Positions 13,895 through 25,381 of a DNA stretch of 64,000 nt are shown piece by piece. The stretch lies in the NCBI GenBank assembly GCA_010909165.1, contig MU008155.1, forward strand, positions 744,001 through 808,000. The letters run 5' to 3'. Position 1 is the stretch's first letter; every line of letters begins with the position of its first letter. Origin of the DNA: Anthoceros angustus. Its lineage: Eukaryota; Plantae; Anthocerotophyta. Position numbers and translations under genes: made by a program. The notes beneath the pieces were generated by a model. The model made no database searches. It was not told the origin of the DNA and saw only the letters and a program-made list of their open reading frames with translations.

Positions 13895-14740
13895 GTGAGG
13901 AGGATTTTCCACACCCAAAGGCCAGGACGAAATTTCCCTGTCCAAGGCCAAGGACCTTTTCCCCTTCAAGCGTTAGGAATTCCTCAACCACCGAGGCCAA
14001 GGAAGAATTTTCCAGCTGATGCCAATTGCAAAGCCAAGGAAGAAAAATCAGCGAGACATGCAAAAGAAATTGACCAAGCCCGTCATGACCCTAACCAGCC
14101 ATAAGCGATCTAGTCTGAAACCCCACATTAAAATGTGCCACAAGTGAATTTTTGTTTTTGGGCATGAGTGGTGTGAAAATAAGTCGGGGTTGGTAGTTAG
14201 GGATATTCATAGTAAAATGTCCTTGGCCTATGGAGTTCTTTTTGTTTTATTGCCTAGGTTAGAAAATAAATGGTCCGAATTTGGTGTTCCTTGGCCCATG
14301 GACTCGGAATGTTCCTAAAAAGTCTATATATGTGAGATAGGGGGTTTGGAATAATTAGAGTCTATAAGTTGGGGTCGAAGCCGGTGGCCGAATGAGTGTG
14401 GGGTTGTGGATTGGGATGTGGAAGCGGTCGAGAGGTCGAGCAGGAGTAGGGGAACACAGGAAACTTAACCCTAGGAAATGACAATCCCGTTCAAACAAAG
14501 CGCCGGGTGGAGCGGGGAGCGGGCGGGCCGGCGGGCGAGCGCGGCAAGTCGAGGAGGCACCGTGATCGGAGGCGCGAGGCGCAGCAGCGAAGGAAGGAGC
14601 TCGAACCCCGTCGACATCGCGAGGCGCGAGGAGGAGGAGGAAGGCGCGACAGCGCGCTCTTGGAGGTAGGAACCACAGAGACCCTCGTGAAATTCGCAGG
14701 TGGCGTTGGTTGTGGCGCGCGAGACCAGAAGAGTGAGAGG

Positions 14741-17700
14741 ATGGCGCCCAAGGTCACCACCGGTGCTTGCCCAATGGCCGAACATGGATCATTGGAAAGT
14801 TCGAGGAGGCTGGTGAAGGAGGCTGGGTTTCATGGAAGAGCGGTGGAATTACATGAACACAGGACAGTGCGGTGTGCGCGTCACCAAGGACAGACCGGGG
14901 GATTTAGAGCGAAGCCGATTGGGACCAGGTGGTTAGAAGGGTGTATGGGCGGAAGGAGGAGGCGGGCGGGTTGGTGATGGAGCCGTCCAGAAAAGAAAGC
15001 AGCGCAGCCCCGTTAAAGCGGGCGACCAACCCAAGGTGGTTGACGAGGATTTGCAGGATTGATGGTCGCCAGTGGCTCCTATGTTTCCTGCAGCACAAGA
15101 AGCGGATTATTTGTCCGACCACTTGCCTGTTCCTTCATGAAGTGGTCAAGGGGCGATCGATTGAGCGAATTCTCTTGACAAGTTGTGTGAAGAGAGGTTG
15201 AACTTGATTTCCTCGCCTCGGCCTCTCTAATCTCACCATTTCGTCCATCTTTATGTTTACGCTAACTGCGCGGAGGTGGAGATTGTAGCCTCCTCCACAT
15301 GTGGAAGCCGGTTAGGGAGGTGAAATGGAAGGCGGAGGAGCCCAAGGAGGAAAAATCGGATAGCGGGAGTCGGTGGCGGCAGGCGAGGAGGAGAAGGAAA
15401 TTCCCACCAGAAAAGGAGGAAGACCGGGGTGAAAGGCGGGCATCACGAAAAGGTGAAGGCGGGGCGTCACCGTCGGCGCCAGCTTCTGAAAATGAAATAA
15501 GCAGCTTGGAGGTGGCGAAGAGGAGGCGCGATCCGAGGACAATTTTTGTGACACGGATGCGGATGATGAATCAACTCCGGAGGGTTTAGGGGTGACCTCG
15601 AGGCGGACCCTCCTCGGCATGGAAGAGATTTTCAAGGGACTCCAGCAACGAGGTGGATGCAACCGAATTGGTGAGGGTGCGCACCTGGGAGGAAAGTTCT
15701 CGACGGAGGGATGGCGTCGGGCGGGCCGCCACAACAAGTGGACTTGCGGGGTGACCACGCCGATGATCCGGGCCCAAGCATTTGTTGGATCAAGCGGCTT
15801 TAGCTCTCACGCTCGGTGCGGCGACGGAGGAAGTGGTGAAGGCCGGGTTTGACAAGAGGAGGCCAAGCGCAAGCGGAGGAAGACAAGCGGAACTAGAGGA
15901 AATAAGGGCCAAGATTCAAGAAGATTTGTGCAGGCCTGTGAGAAGTTGCAAGCCATGACGAGCCAGGAAGCACTCATGGCTCAAATTAAGGATGCCCAGG
16001 CGAACCAGAGATGCGGGGAGTTGTTGCGAGCCAGAGGCGGAAGCGGCCTCGGTGGAAAAGGCCCATAAGCTAGCGGAGCGATATAAGCGAGCGGATGAGG
16101 CACGTGGCGGGCCGAAAGACAAAGGGAAGGGCGGGGTAGCGGGACCACGGTAGCGGAAGGCTACCGGCGGAAGGAAGCGACAACCGAGGTAGCCGAAACC
16201 TCACCTACCGCGGTTCGACGACGGCGGTGGAGTCCACTACCGAGTCGAAACCGCCACGACATTGGCGCAACCAACCCAGCAGGCGCCTTCTGAAAATGAA
16301 AGCCAAAGCAGCGGTTGGAGGTGAGAAGGCGCGATCCGAGGACAATTTTTGACTGGATGCGGATGATGAATCAACTCCGAGGGTTTAGGGGCGACCTCGA
16401 GGCGGACCCTCCTCGGCATGGAAGAGATTTTCAAGGGGACTCCACGCAACAGAGGTGGATGCAACCGAATTGGTGAGGGTGCGCACCTGGGAGGAAAGTT
16501 CTCGACGGAGGGATGGCGTCGGGCGGGCCGCCACAACAAGTGGACTTGCGGGGTGACCACGCCGATGATCCGGGCCCAAGCATTTGTTGGATCAAGCGGC
16601 TTTAGCTCTCACGCTCGGTGCGGCGACGGAGGAAGTGGTGAAGGCCGGGGTTTGACAAGAGGAGGCCAAGCGCAAGCGGAGGAAGACAAGCGGAACTAGA
16701 GGAAATAAGGGCCAAGATTCAAGAAGATTTGTGCAGGCCTGTGAGAAGTTGCAAGCCATGACGAGCCAGGAAGCACTCATGGCTCAAATTAAGGATGCCC
16801 AGGCGAACCAGAGATGCGGGGAGTTGTTGCGAGCCAGAGGCGGAAGCGGCCTCGGTGGAAAAGGCCCATAAGCTAGCGGAGCGATATAAGCGAGCGGATG
16901 AGGCACGTGGCGGGCCGAAAGACAAAGGGAAGGGCGGGGTAGCGGGACCACGGTAGCGGAAGGCTACCGGCGGAAGGAAGCGACAACCGAGGTAGCCGAA
17001 ACCTCACCTACCGCGGTTCGACGACGGCGGTGGAGTCCACTACCGAGTCGAAACCGCCACGACATTGGCGCAACCAACCCAGCAGGCGCCTTCTGAAAAT
17101 GAAAGCCAAAGCAGCGGTTGGAGGTGAGAAGGCGCGATCCGAGGACAATTTTTGACTGGATGCGGATGATGAATCAACTCCGAGGGTTTAGGGGCGACCT
17201 CGAGGCGGACCCTCCTCGGCATGGGAAGAGATTTTCAAGGGGACTCCACGCAACAGAGGTGGATGCAACCGAATTGGTGAGGGTGCGCACCTGGGAGGAA
17301 AGTTCTCGACAGAGGGATGGCGTGTCGCGGGCCGCCACAACAAGTGGACTTGCAGGAGCGACCACGCCGATGATCCGGGCCCAAGCATTTGTTGGATCAA
17401 GCGGCTTTAGCTCTCACCGCTCGGTGTGCAGGCGGCGGGAAGTGGTGAAGGCCAGTTTGAAGAGGAGGCCAAGCGCAAGCAAGCGGAGGAAGACAAGCGG
17501 AACCTAGAGGAAATAAGGGCCAAGATTCAAGAAGATTTGTGGCCTGTGAGAAGTTGCAAGCCATGACGAGCTGAGGAAGCACTCATGGCTCAAATTAAGG
17601 ATGCCACGAGGCGAACCAGAGATGCAGGGGAGTTGTTGCGAGCCCAGGCGAGGCGGCCTCGTGGAAAAGGCCCATAAGCTAGCGGAGCGATATAAGCGAG

Positions 17701-18430
17701 CGGATGAGGCACGTGGCGGGCCGAAAAGACAAAGGGAAGGAAGCGGGGTAGCAGGACCACGATCGAGTAGGAAGGCCTACCGAGCGGAAGGAAGCGAGGT
17801 AGCCGAAACCTCACCTACCGCGGTTCGAACGACACGTGGAGTCCACTACCATGAGTCGAAACCGCCGACATTGGCGCAACCAACCCAGGCGGGCGGCGGG
17901 CGGCTGCGTGGCGCCTCGCGAGGACATAGGCCGAGCAACTGTGTAGCCTACGGGAGGAGGGTAAGCACCTCTCGCAGCAGGGTCCTATTATATTACGGCA
18001 CATGGATGAGGAAACTTATGTGCTGGTCTATATGTGAATGGAGAACGCGTGCTTAACCTCACCATGTGCGTGTGGAAATAGGAGGGATCAGGCCTACCAC
18101 GCAAGTGAGGACCCGGTGCATACTTCTACCACGCCGGGTGTGGGGGTTGGCTCCCTATGCGGAGGCGACTTTGGAGGAGTTGAGCGAGGAGGAGGTCCAG
18201 CTTGGGTGGACGAGGCAGAATAATCCTCGGCAATAGGCGGCCGGAAGATGCGGAAGCCCAGTGGTACACCTCAAATTCGGACGTCCAGCGTGATGAGGTG
18301 GAAGTAGTGTGGGAGAACCTCACCAGTGGCGTGGCGGGAGAGCTCGTGGCGGCAGCAATGGAGGACGAGGGCGACGGCCAAGTCGAGGTAGGCGCAGATA
18401 GCGTGAGGCGAGGTGGTAGCAACCTAAAGA
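14741..18430 (+). pseudogene. LTR-borne accessory ORF of element B, 5' LTR copy (frameshifted, internally triplicated)
   Basis: MAPKVTT..AQWPNMDHWKVR, FMEERWNYMNTG, QWLLCFLQHKKR, LFLHEVVKG, coiled coil EEEAKRKxxEEDKR, and C-terminal YAEATLEELSEEEVQLGW. Confidence 0.75.
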
Positions 18431-18530
18431 TAATTTGGTTAGGATCGCTGGACCTAGGATCGCCCGAATTGTGGGCGCGTCTCTTGATAGCCATCTTAGG
18501 ACCTAAAATCCGGCGGTGCCCCGGCCGATG

Positions 18531-18538
18531 TATAAGAG
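18531..18538 (+). promoter_or_regulatory. Candidate TATA box TATAAGAG in B LTR
   Basis: Conserved octamer ~0.9 kb upstream of the LTR end. Confidence 0.55.
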
Positions 18539-19462
18539 GGGCGAATTAGGTCCCTCACGCGAGATAATTCTGGTTGAGATCCCCACGCCTGTGGCTGGTT
18601 GGAGACGTCCGATTGAGAGGCGGTGCGCGAGGCGCTCCTAGGGGTGGTCGAGAGCTTGCTCCGGGGGGAGGAGGGTGAGCAATCTTGGCCGACAAAGGAG
18701 GAGGAAACCAAGGGATTGGCGCGGGCGGGTGAGCTTGCTCGTGCCCGTGGACGCCTGGGGTTCTTCTTTCCTTCACACTTGTCCCCTAGTTGTGTTCAAG
18801 AGAGTGTTGAGTGGATGGTTGGAAGCTGCGGGCGAGTTGAGAGAGAGAGAGGAGAAGATTGGGTGAAGGAGTGACTAAACCTCACGCGCGAGGTGTGAGA
18901 GAGGGTTGAGAAGGGAACTAATTGAGAGGCTAGCGGTGGATGTGTGAATCCAAAAGAAACCAAACCGGTCCGGTGGAAGCGTGCGCAAGGCAGTTCCTTG
19001 TAAAAGTGTGAGTGTGGCGCCTTTGTGTGTGTGTGTGGAGCGGTGAGGATTTGTGGAATTTAGGTCCCTAGGAATCGGTGTGTGTGTGCATGAAGTGTGG
19101 AGTGCAGAAGCCGGATCCGTGCAGTGGGCGCCGTGGCGGATCCGCCGTCGCGGAAATAAGTCGCTAGGGTTTGGTGTGGGACCCACCTCGGTGGAAGCAA
19201 CCTAGGTGAGAGCACCGCGGCGTGGAATGAGATTTGTCGTGGAATAAGGTTGGTAGCTAGAGTCGGGGGGTAGTAGTGGTTGAGTAGATAGGTAAGAGGA
19301 GTAATAGCAAGTAAGTCTTGACTTAGGTGAAGGTCGAGTGATAGAAGTTAGCGTCTCTTGGCACAAACCATTCCCTTGGGAGCGAATCCTAAGCCTACAA
19401 CGACATTGAGGGTGAATGTGGACCTCACGGTGTCCCTGGACACGAATCCACACTCCACATTT

Positions 19463-19480
19463 TGGCGCCGCTGCCGGGGA
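19463..19480 (+). other. Primer binding site of element B (tRNA-Asp type)
   Basis: TGGCGCCGCTGCCGGGGA after ...CCACA-TTT. Confidence 0.9.
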
Positions 19481-19549
19481 ATGGAATCGCTGTCAAGGAC
19501 GTAGGAAGGACTAACCCTAGCTTACGTAGAGTCTAGCATTACTAGATTG

Positions 19550-22500
19550 ATGGATGCCTCGGGTGGAGACAAGCGATTCTGGATCTGACTGTGGGGAAAC
19601 GCTTCGGCAAGGCAGCAAGCGGAAAGATTGCGAGAGTTACGAGGAGAGCAGGCGGAGATCACACTTGCGGACGAGGAAGAGAGTCAACTCGGAACTAGGG
19701 ATCGGATCTTAACGGATTGATTCCCAACTCGACTGAGCGGTACAAGGGGCCGGTACCCGATTCCACCTTGTCTTTTGATCTGCTCCATTGCCTAGACCAC
19801 GCTCGGTCAAACTTCGTGAATGTAGAGGTCGGTCGCATTTAGTGGCCGTCAACTACGCATCGTTGAAAGTACTACCCGGTAGTTATGGCGATCTCGTGCT
19901 CGTTACTACTAAGCAATCTTACCGTTATGGAGAAAAGAAGGGCCATGAGGATCCCGACGAGTTTGTCGAGCGTTTTGAGCATTGACGCCACCGTGAGGAT
20001 GCGATCGTGCCCTTTATGGAGTCTTACGGGCGCGCCAAGTGGCCGGCGGGAGTACATAGCTTCCACACCCCGCCTACTTTTGGGGCCTTGAAGAGCTTTT
20101 GTGAAAGGTTGAGGGGTCGATGTGGAAGGATATGTCTTGTCCAAACTCGAGGGATTGCGGAGAGGGAAGAAGGAGACCTGCAGCTTATGTGGAAAGGTTC
20201 CACACCCACGGATCGGGCCGTCCGCACTCGAGCTAATGGCCATTTGGTTTGCAAGAGGATTGGGCGGAAATGGGAAGGCACGTCGTCTCGGTGAGAAAAG
20301 ATTTGGATCGGGCGATTAAAGCGCTCGAACTATGAGGAGTCCAACGCGGAGAAGAAGAACTCGAACAAGGGCGCCGCGGAAGGACAAAAAGAAATACAAA
20401 AGAAGAAGAAGTACTATTCGTCCTCCGATGGCCTGGAGGAGGATAGTTTTCAACCGACTCGGGTAGCTCCAAGAGGAGACCAGGATTCGGAGGAGAATTC
20501 GTCGGAAGGTGAGCGCAAAGGGATAGAAGGAAGAAGGGAAAAATGACTGGAAACAAGACGACGTGCAAAGGGAAGGAGCTGCTATATGCACGAAAGGACG
20601 CGGAGCAGTGAGAAGAGAGGTGGAAAGCAGCCAAAAAGTGGAGCAACAAGGGAACAAGATGGAGGAAATGATGGTCAAACCGAGAAACTCCATCTTAATG
20701 CCATCAAGGACCATGATAGAAGAAGGGTTGCTCGGAGCGCGGCGAATCTCTTCGCTCAACTTGTGGACAGCAGGGCACTCGAGGTCGAATCGTCCACAAA
20801 CAAAAGTGCAACTCGGGCTACGAGGAGAGGATGAGATGTGCTTGGAAGATACATACCAAATTCAAGAGGCACCGATCTCGGTACCAAAACTTTGTACTCG
20901 AGTTTGCGAAACCCCACGCATGGGCATTCGCAATCGATGGCAAGGAACCCGGGCAAATGAGTGCCTCGGTGTTACAATTGCCGAGGGTTCGCATCTTGCT
21001 GGATGCCCCTCCGCATCTCGCCAGGAATGGTGATTTTGAAAGGTCGTGTGTGGATGCAAGCAATCGAGTCACGTGGCCGGCGTCCTCTGCGCCGAAAAAG
21101 TGAGGATCGCTCAACCTCCCACGGCGACCCACCCCGCAGAAAGCCTGCCAATGCAAGTCGAAGATGCGCTCATGGCTGTATGGGAGGATTCCGAGGCCAG
21201 TGTACCGAGGAGCCTGGAAGGGTTGGGGGATGTGGATAGTGGGTATTACGGAACTCCTGCGATGGCTGTTCGGACACGGAGCGGCGAGAGGAAGGCGGAC
21301 ACCCTAAGAAGGGGGGCGAGGGAAAAAGGAAGAAGCGGAGTGGGAGCTTCCATAACGTCCAGTGAGGAGGAAGAGGCGTCTTCATCAAAGCGGGAAGGAA
21401 GAAGTCCAACCACAAAAAACGAGGGACTCGGTATGGAGTCGAAAAAGAAGGGCATGCGAATCCAGTGGACGGGAGCAAAACGCCACACATACGCGAGGTT
21501 GCGATTTGGATGGCATCAGTGTAACTCCCTTAGCCGAGACCGCGGATTCGAGGTGAAGTGCAAAACGAGGACAGACGGCGGTGGGACTCGAGTCGACACA
21601 TGGGGCGAAAAACCCGCAAGAGGAAAAAGGATGAGTCGCTTTCTGTCGAGGAAGGTTATGGATATGATCCGACAAGAACGAACAGACTCGACGGTCGTAC
21701 CTTTGTGACCCACCCACCTACCGGCCATTCTTCAACGACCGCATCAAAGCTACCGCGGATCTTGAAATGACGGTGGGGTTGGCAAGGAGAAAGCAAGCAG
21801 ACGTGTTCCTTTCAATTTGGCGGGCGCTATCATGGACCAAAAGTTCATGATAACGTTGGACGACTTCTCGGACAATCCAGACGCGCAAAGAAGTGGGGCA
21901 TTGAAGGCGGCACAACCCAAGAAGAGAACCTTTCCACCCCAAGGCCGAAACCCTTCTGTGAATATGGTGGCCATGATGGACCGATCTCTGAGCTGTGAGA
22001 TAGAAATTGCGGGATGTGTAATCAAGAAGGTGCCGCTAGATTCCGGGTCGAGTCAACATCATGTGAGAGACCTCGGAAGCTTGGGTTGCGATAGAACATA
22101 CATCAAAGGTGTTGCGTGGCGGACATGTCCAAAATGGCGGTAGGGGAGACGGAGTCCTAACCCATATTGGTACCATTCCGTACCTCATGGACTACGTGGT
22201 CATTAAACAAAAAGCGCCAGGTATGAGGTTCTCATTGGGAACATGGATGTATGGGGCACGTTGCACCTTCAAATGGGCGAGAAAGGAAGTGGGATTCAAA
22301 CCTCGGGGGACCCCAAAATTAAGGAGGAAGGATATGTTTGACTTGGAGCGGAGATACGTCGTGGGAGACACCAAACGGAGGGATACACCTCTGCAAGATA
22401 CCTGGGAGAGGATGAGAAGGAGAAATTCCCATTCGCACATATTTCGTGGTCGATGAAGAGGACGACACGGAGATATTCCCATTCCATCAACCTATTAGGG

Positions 22501-25349
22501 TGCTATGGAGTCACAATTGACAACCCGGTGGTCGGGGAGGAGACCGGGAGGTCGAGGAACAAGAAGTAGAGGTGGGCGAGCCGGGAGCGGCCTCCTGGAC
22601 AAACTTCGGAGGGTGCGAGGGTGTCTCACGTTTTACCTCGACGACCTATTCCGGAATGGGGAATGCGCAAGGAGAACCAAGATGGAGGAAGGGTTCGCAT
22701 CACATCCGCCGGTGGAGAGAGAGTGGTGACGGATGAGGTCAAGGATGTGGTGTTGCGCAAGGTCCTTAAGTTTTCGAGCAGGATGAATGCAGACTTGGAA
22801 AGGGGTATGAAACAAGTTGGCGGAATTTATCCACGTTTTGCTTTTGACGTTACGGACATGAAGGGTATACCGAGGGAGTGGGGAGCACAAGATTGATCTC
22901 GAGGGTGCCGTGCGGTCGGATACCGCAATACAAGCTAAATCCAAAGTATTCACAAGGTAAAGGAACAATTGGAGCTCTACTTGCGTGCACGTCATATATC
23001 CTATTGTGACATCGGAGTGGGTAGCCCCAATTGTGGTGGTTCCCAAAAGCGGAAGGGAAGATACGGTCCGCCGATTGGAGGAAGTTAAACAAGGTGACCA
23101 AAAAGACCATTACCCGCTTCCATTCATAGACAACATCGGACTTAGTTGCGGGGAGAATGGTCTACTCGTTCGGATGGGTATTCGGTATAACCACATCTCG
23201 TGGAGAGTGATTGGCCCCAACACCTTCACTGGTGGGAACCTATGCCTACAAACGGAGGCGCGTTCGGATTAACAGGGCACCGTGATCCTTCATGCGGGAT
23301 TGTCAAGATTTTCAAGGAATACCTTAGGGACTTCATGGAGGTCTTCCGGATGACTTCTGCGTGTTTGGGCAAAAGATCACCTCAACCACCTTCGCAAATG
23401 TGGAACGGCGTGTCAGACACAATTGTGTCTACATCCCGAGAAATGTTATTTCGGCATGCCGGAGGGTATTTTGTTGGGGCACCGCATTTTGCGGGATAGA
23501 GGTCGACCGGATAAGGTCAAAATCATTACCGCCTCAAGCCACCTACCACCAAGGAGCTTAGGGATTCCTCGGAATGGTAGGCTATTATCGAAGGTTTGTG
23601 AAGAATTTCTCCGGAAGGGCGCTCCACTGCGCAAGGACCGGGAGTGGAATGGACGCAAAACGAGAGGAGGCCTTCAATGATCTTCACCACCCCACTGCGG
23701 GCGGGGCGAACAAGAAGTTCCACGTGTTTGTAGACGCGTTTGGCCTATGCAATCGGTACCATTCTAAGCCAAAGGGATGACAAGAAGCACGATTATCCAA
23801 TCTATTATGCAGGGAGGCAGCTCGACGAGAAGAAAGTATACCACCAGAGGAGGCGCTAGGGATGGTGTACTCGGTTCGCAAGTTTCGTCACTATTTGCTA
23901 TCCACGAGTTCGTCTTCCATGTGGACCACTTCGCCTCAAACACCGTAAACAAACCGACTTGTCGGACGCATAGCAAGATGGATCCTACTCGCAAGAATTC
24001 ACGTTCACGGTGGAGACCAGAGGAGGAGTAAACATGTGAATGCAGATTACATTTCGAGGCTGAAAACAGAGGAGGTTACAGACCAAAACGACGATTTTCC
24101 GATGAAGCTCGTTGCACGAGTTAGAGGGGCGAACCATAAGGCGAGGGTAAATGGTGGCTCGGCAGAAATGAGAAGGGAGAACGGATACACAAGGCCCACT
24201 CACGAGGAGATGATGGAATTCTTGGAACGGGAAAATACCATCGGATCTTTCAAACCCCAGTAGCGGTTTGTGCACTATTTCCGTTGTATGACGCAAAGAC
24301 AAATCATCGGATCGGGACCGGATGGGCGGGGAGTTATGGGTAACAAGGAGCAGTTATCCGAGTCTTGTGAGATGCACGAGGGGAAGCGGAGGACATTTTC
24401 ACATATCACGTGCAAGAAGGTGCTTGAAACGGGTATCGGTGGCAAACCATGCATCGTGATGCTAGGAGTTTGTTAACGCTGCGATGCCGCCGAGGGTTGG
24501 GAAACCGTCGCAACCACTCAATGGCCAATGGTTCCAATATTGGCCGCGCCATTCGAGAAATGGGGAATAGACTTTGTTGGTCCCATACACCAAAACGAGG
24601 CGACAAAACCAATACATCCTCGTGGCCACAGACTATTGCACGCGTATGGTGGAAGCCCAAGCACCGCAGTAGACTCATGTAGTGGCCAGTTCCTCTATGA
24701 CATTATCACTCGATATGGTGTCCTTGGAGCTTGTCGTGACAGAGGGTCACATTTCAACGGTTATATCTCATATGACGATCTACTTCAACGTCGCCAGAAA
24801 ACGACTCCTTATAATCCCAAGGCAAATGGCTTAACGGAAAAGGCGAATGGGCTCTTGTGCAGGATCCTCAACAAACTAACGGTGGAATACGCGTACGATT
24901 GGGATCTTAAGCTTCACTCCGCCTGGGCATACAGGATCGCAGAGAAAATAACAACGCAACAAACACCGTACTACCTCACCTCACATTCTCCTAATGCCTA
25001 TTGAGTTTGAAATTCCCACCGCGTATCCAGAAACTAACCGCATGGCGAGAGGAAAGTCACCGAACGCCTGGTCGCCGCTAAACATACAGAGGATAGGGAG
25101 CAGGTTGAGCGTCATGCGAGATATTCAGCGAAAGGAAAATATGGCATGACAATCGGTTGCGGAAGCAAGAGTGGGTGATTGGTGACTTGGCCTGACAATA
25201 GGTACATGCACTTTCGGCAAGCTCCACCTTCGATGGATGGGGCCATATAGGTTCTCAAGTCTTGAATGGCTCAAGACAACCGCAAGAGTTAGCAGACCTC
25301 CACTACCACCCGAGTCAATGGGTGGAGGGTCAAGAAGTATTATACATAA
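19550..25349 (+). pseudogene. Element B gag-pol, frameshifted
   Basis: GHEDPDEFVERFEH (gag), CYNCRG (knuckle), VPLDSGS (protease), EWVAPIVVVPK and KDHYPLPFID (RT), HVFVDA and NADYISRL (RNase H), FEKWGIDFVGP, TTPYNPKANGLTEKANG and VNGWRVKKYYT* (integrase). Confidence 0.92.
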
Positions 25350-25366
25350 GTTGGCGGGACGCCAAC

Positions 25367-25381
25367 AAATGAGAAGGGGTA
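25367..25381 (+). other. Polypurine tract of element B
   Basis: AAATGAGAAGGGGTA followed by the LTR start TGTAACG. Confidence 0.85.

Larger units (their letters stand above)
10345..14100 (-). repeat. Element D 3' LTR, 3' portion
   Basis: Near-identical to 39247-42762 plus 60963-61325. Confidence 0.9.
14101..19459 (+). repeat. Element B 5' LTR
   Basis: Start matches 25382 (CGATCTAGTCT..AAACCCC; terminal TGT degraded); ends CACTCCACA before the PBS; contains a ~0.8 kb triplication. Confidence 0.88.

Noticed and set aside
14741-18430. Calling the LTR ORF a true envelope gene or a captured host gene
   Set aside because: No clear signal peptide or transmembrane helix was seen. Its fixed position and divergence across four families argue for an element-owned gene rather than a recent capture.
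24900-25349. Chromodomain (chromovirus) or extra archaeal-type RNase H (Tat) in pol
   Set aside because: Integrase ends at VNGWRVKKYY* just after the GPY/F motif, and no second RNase H was recognised; the second copy in D is a local tandem duplication.
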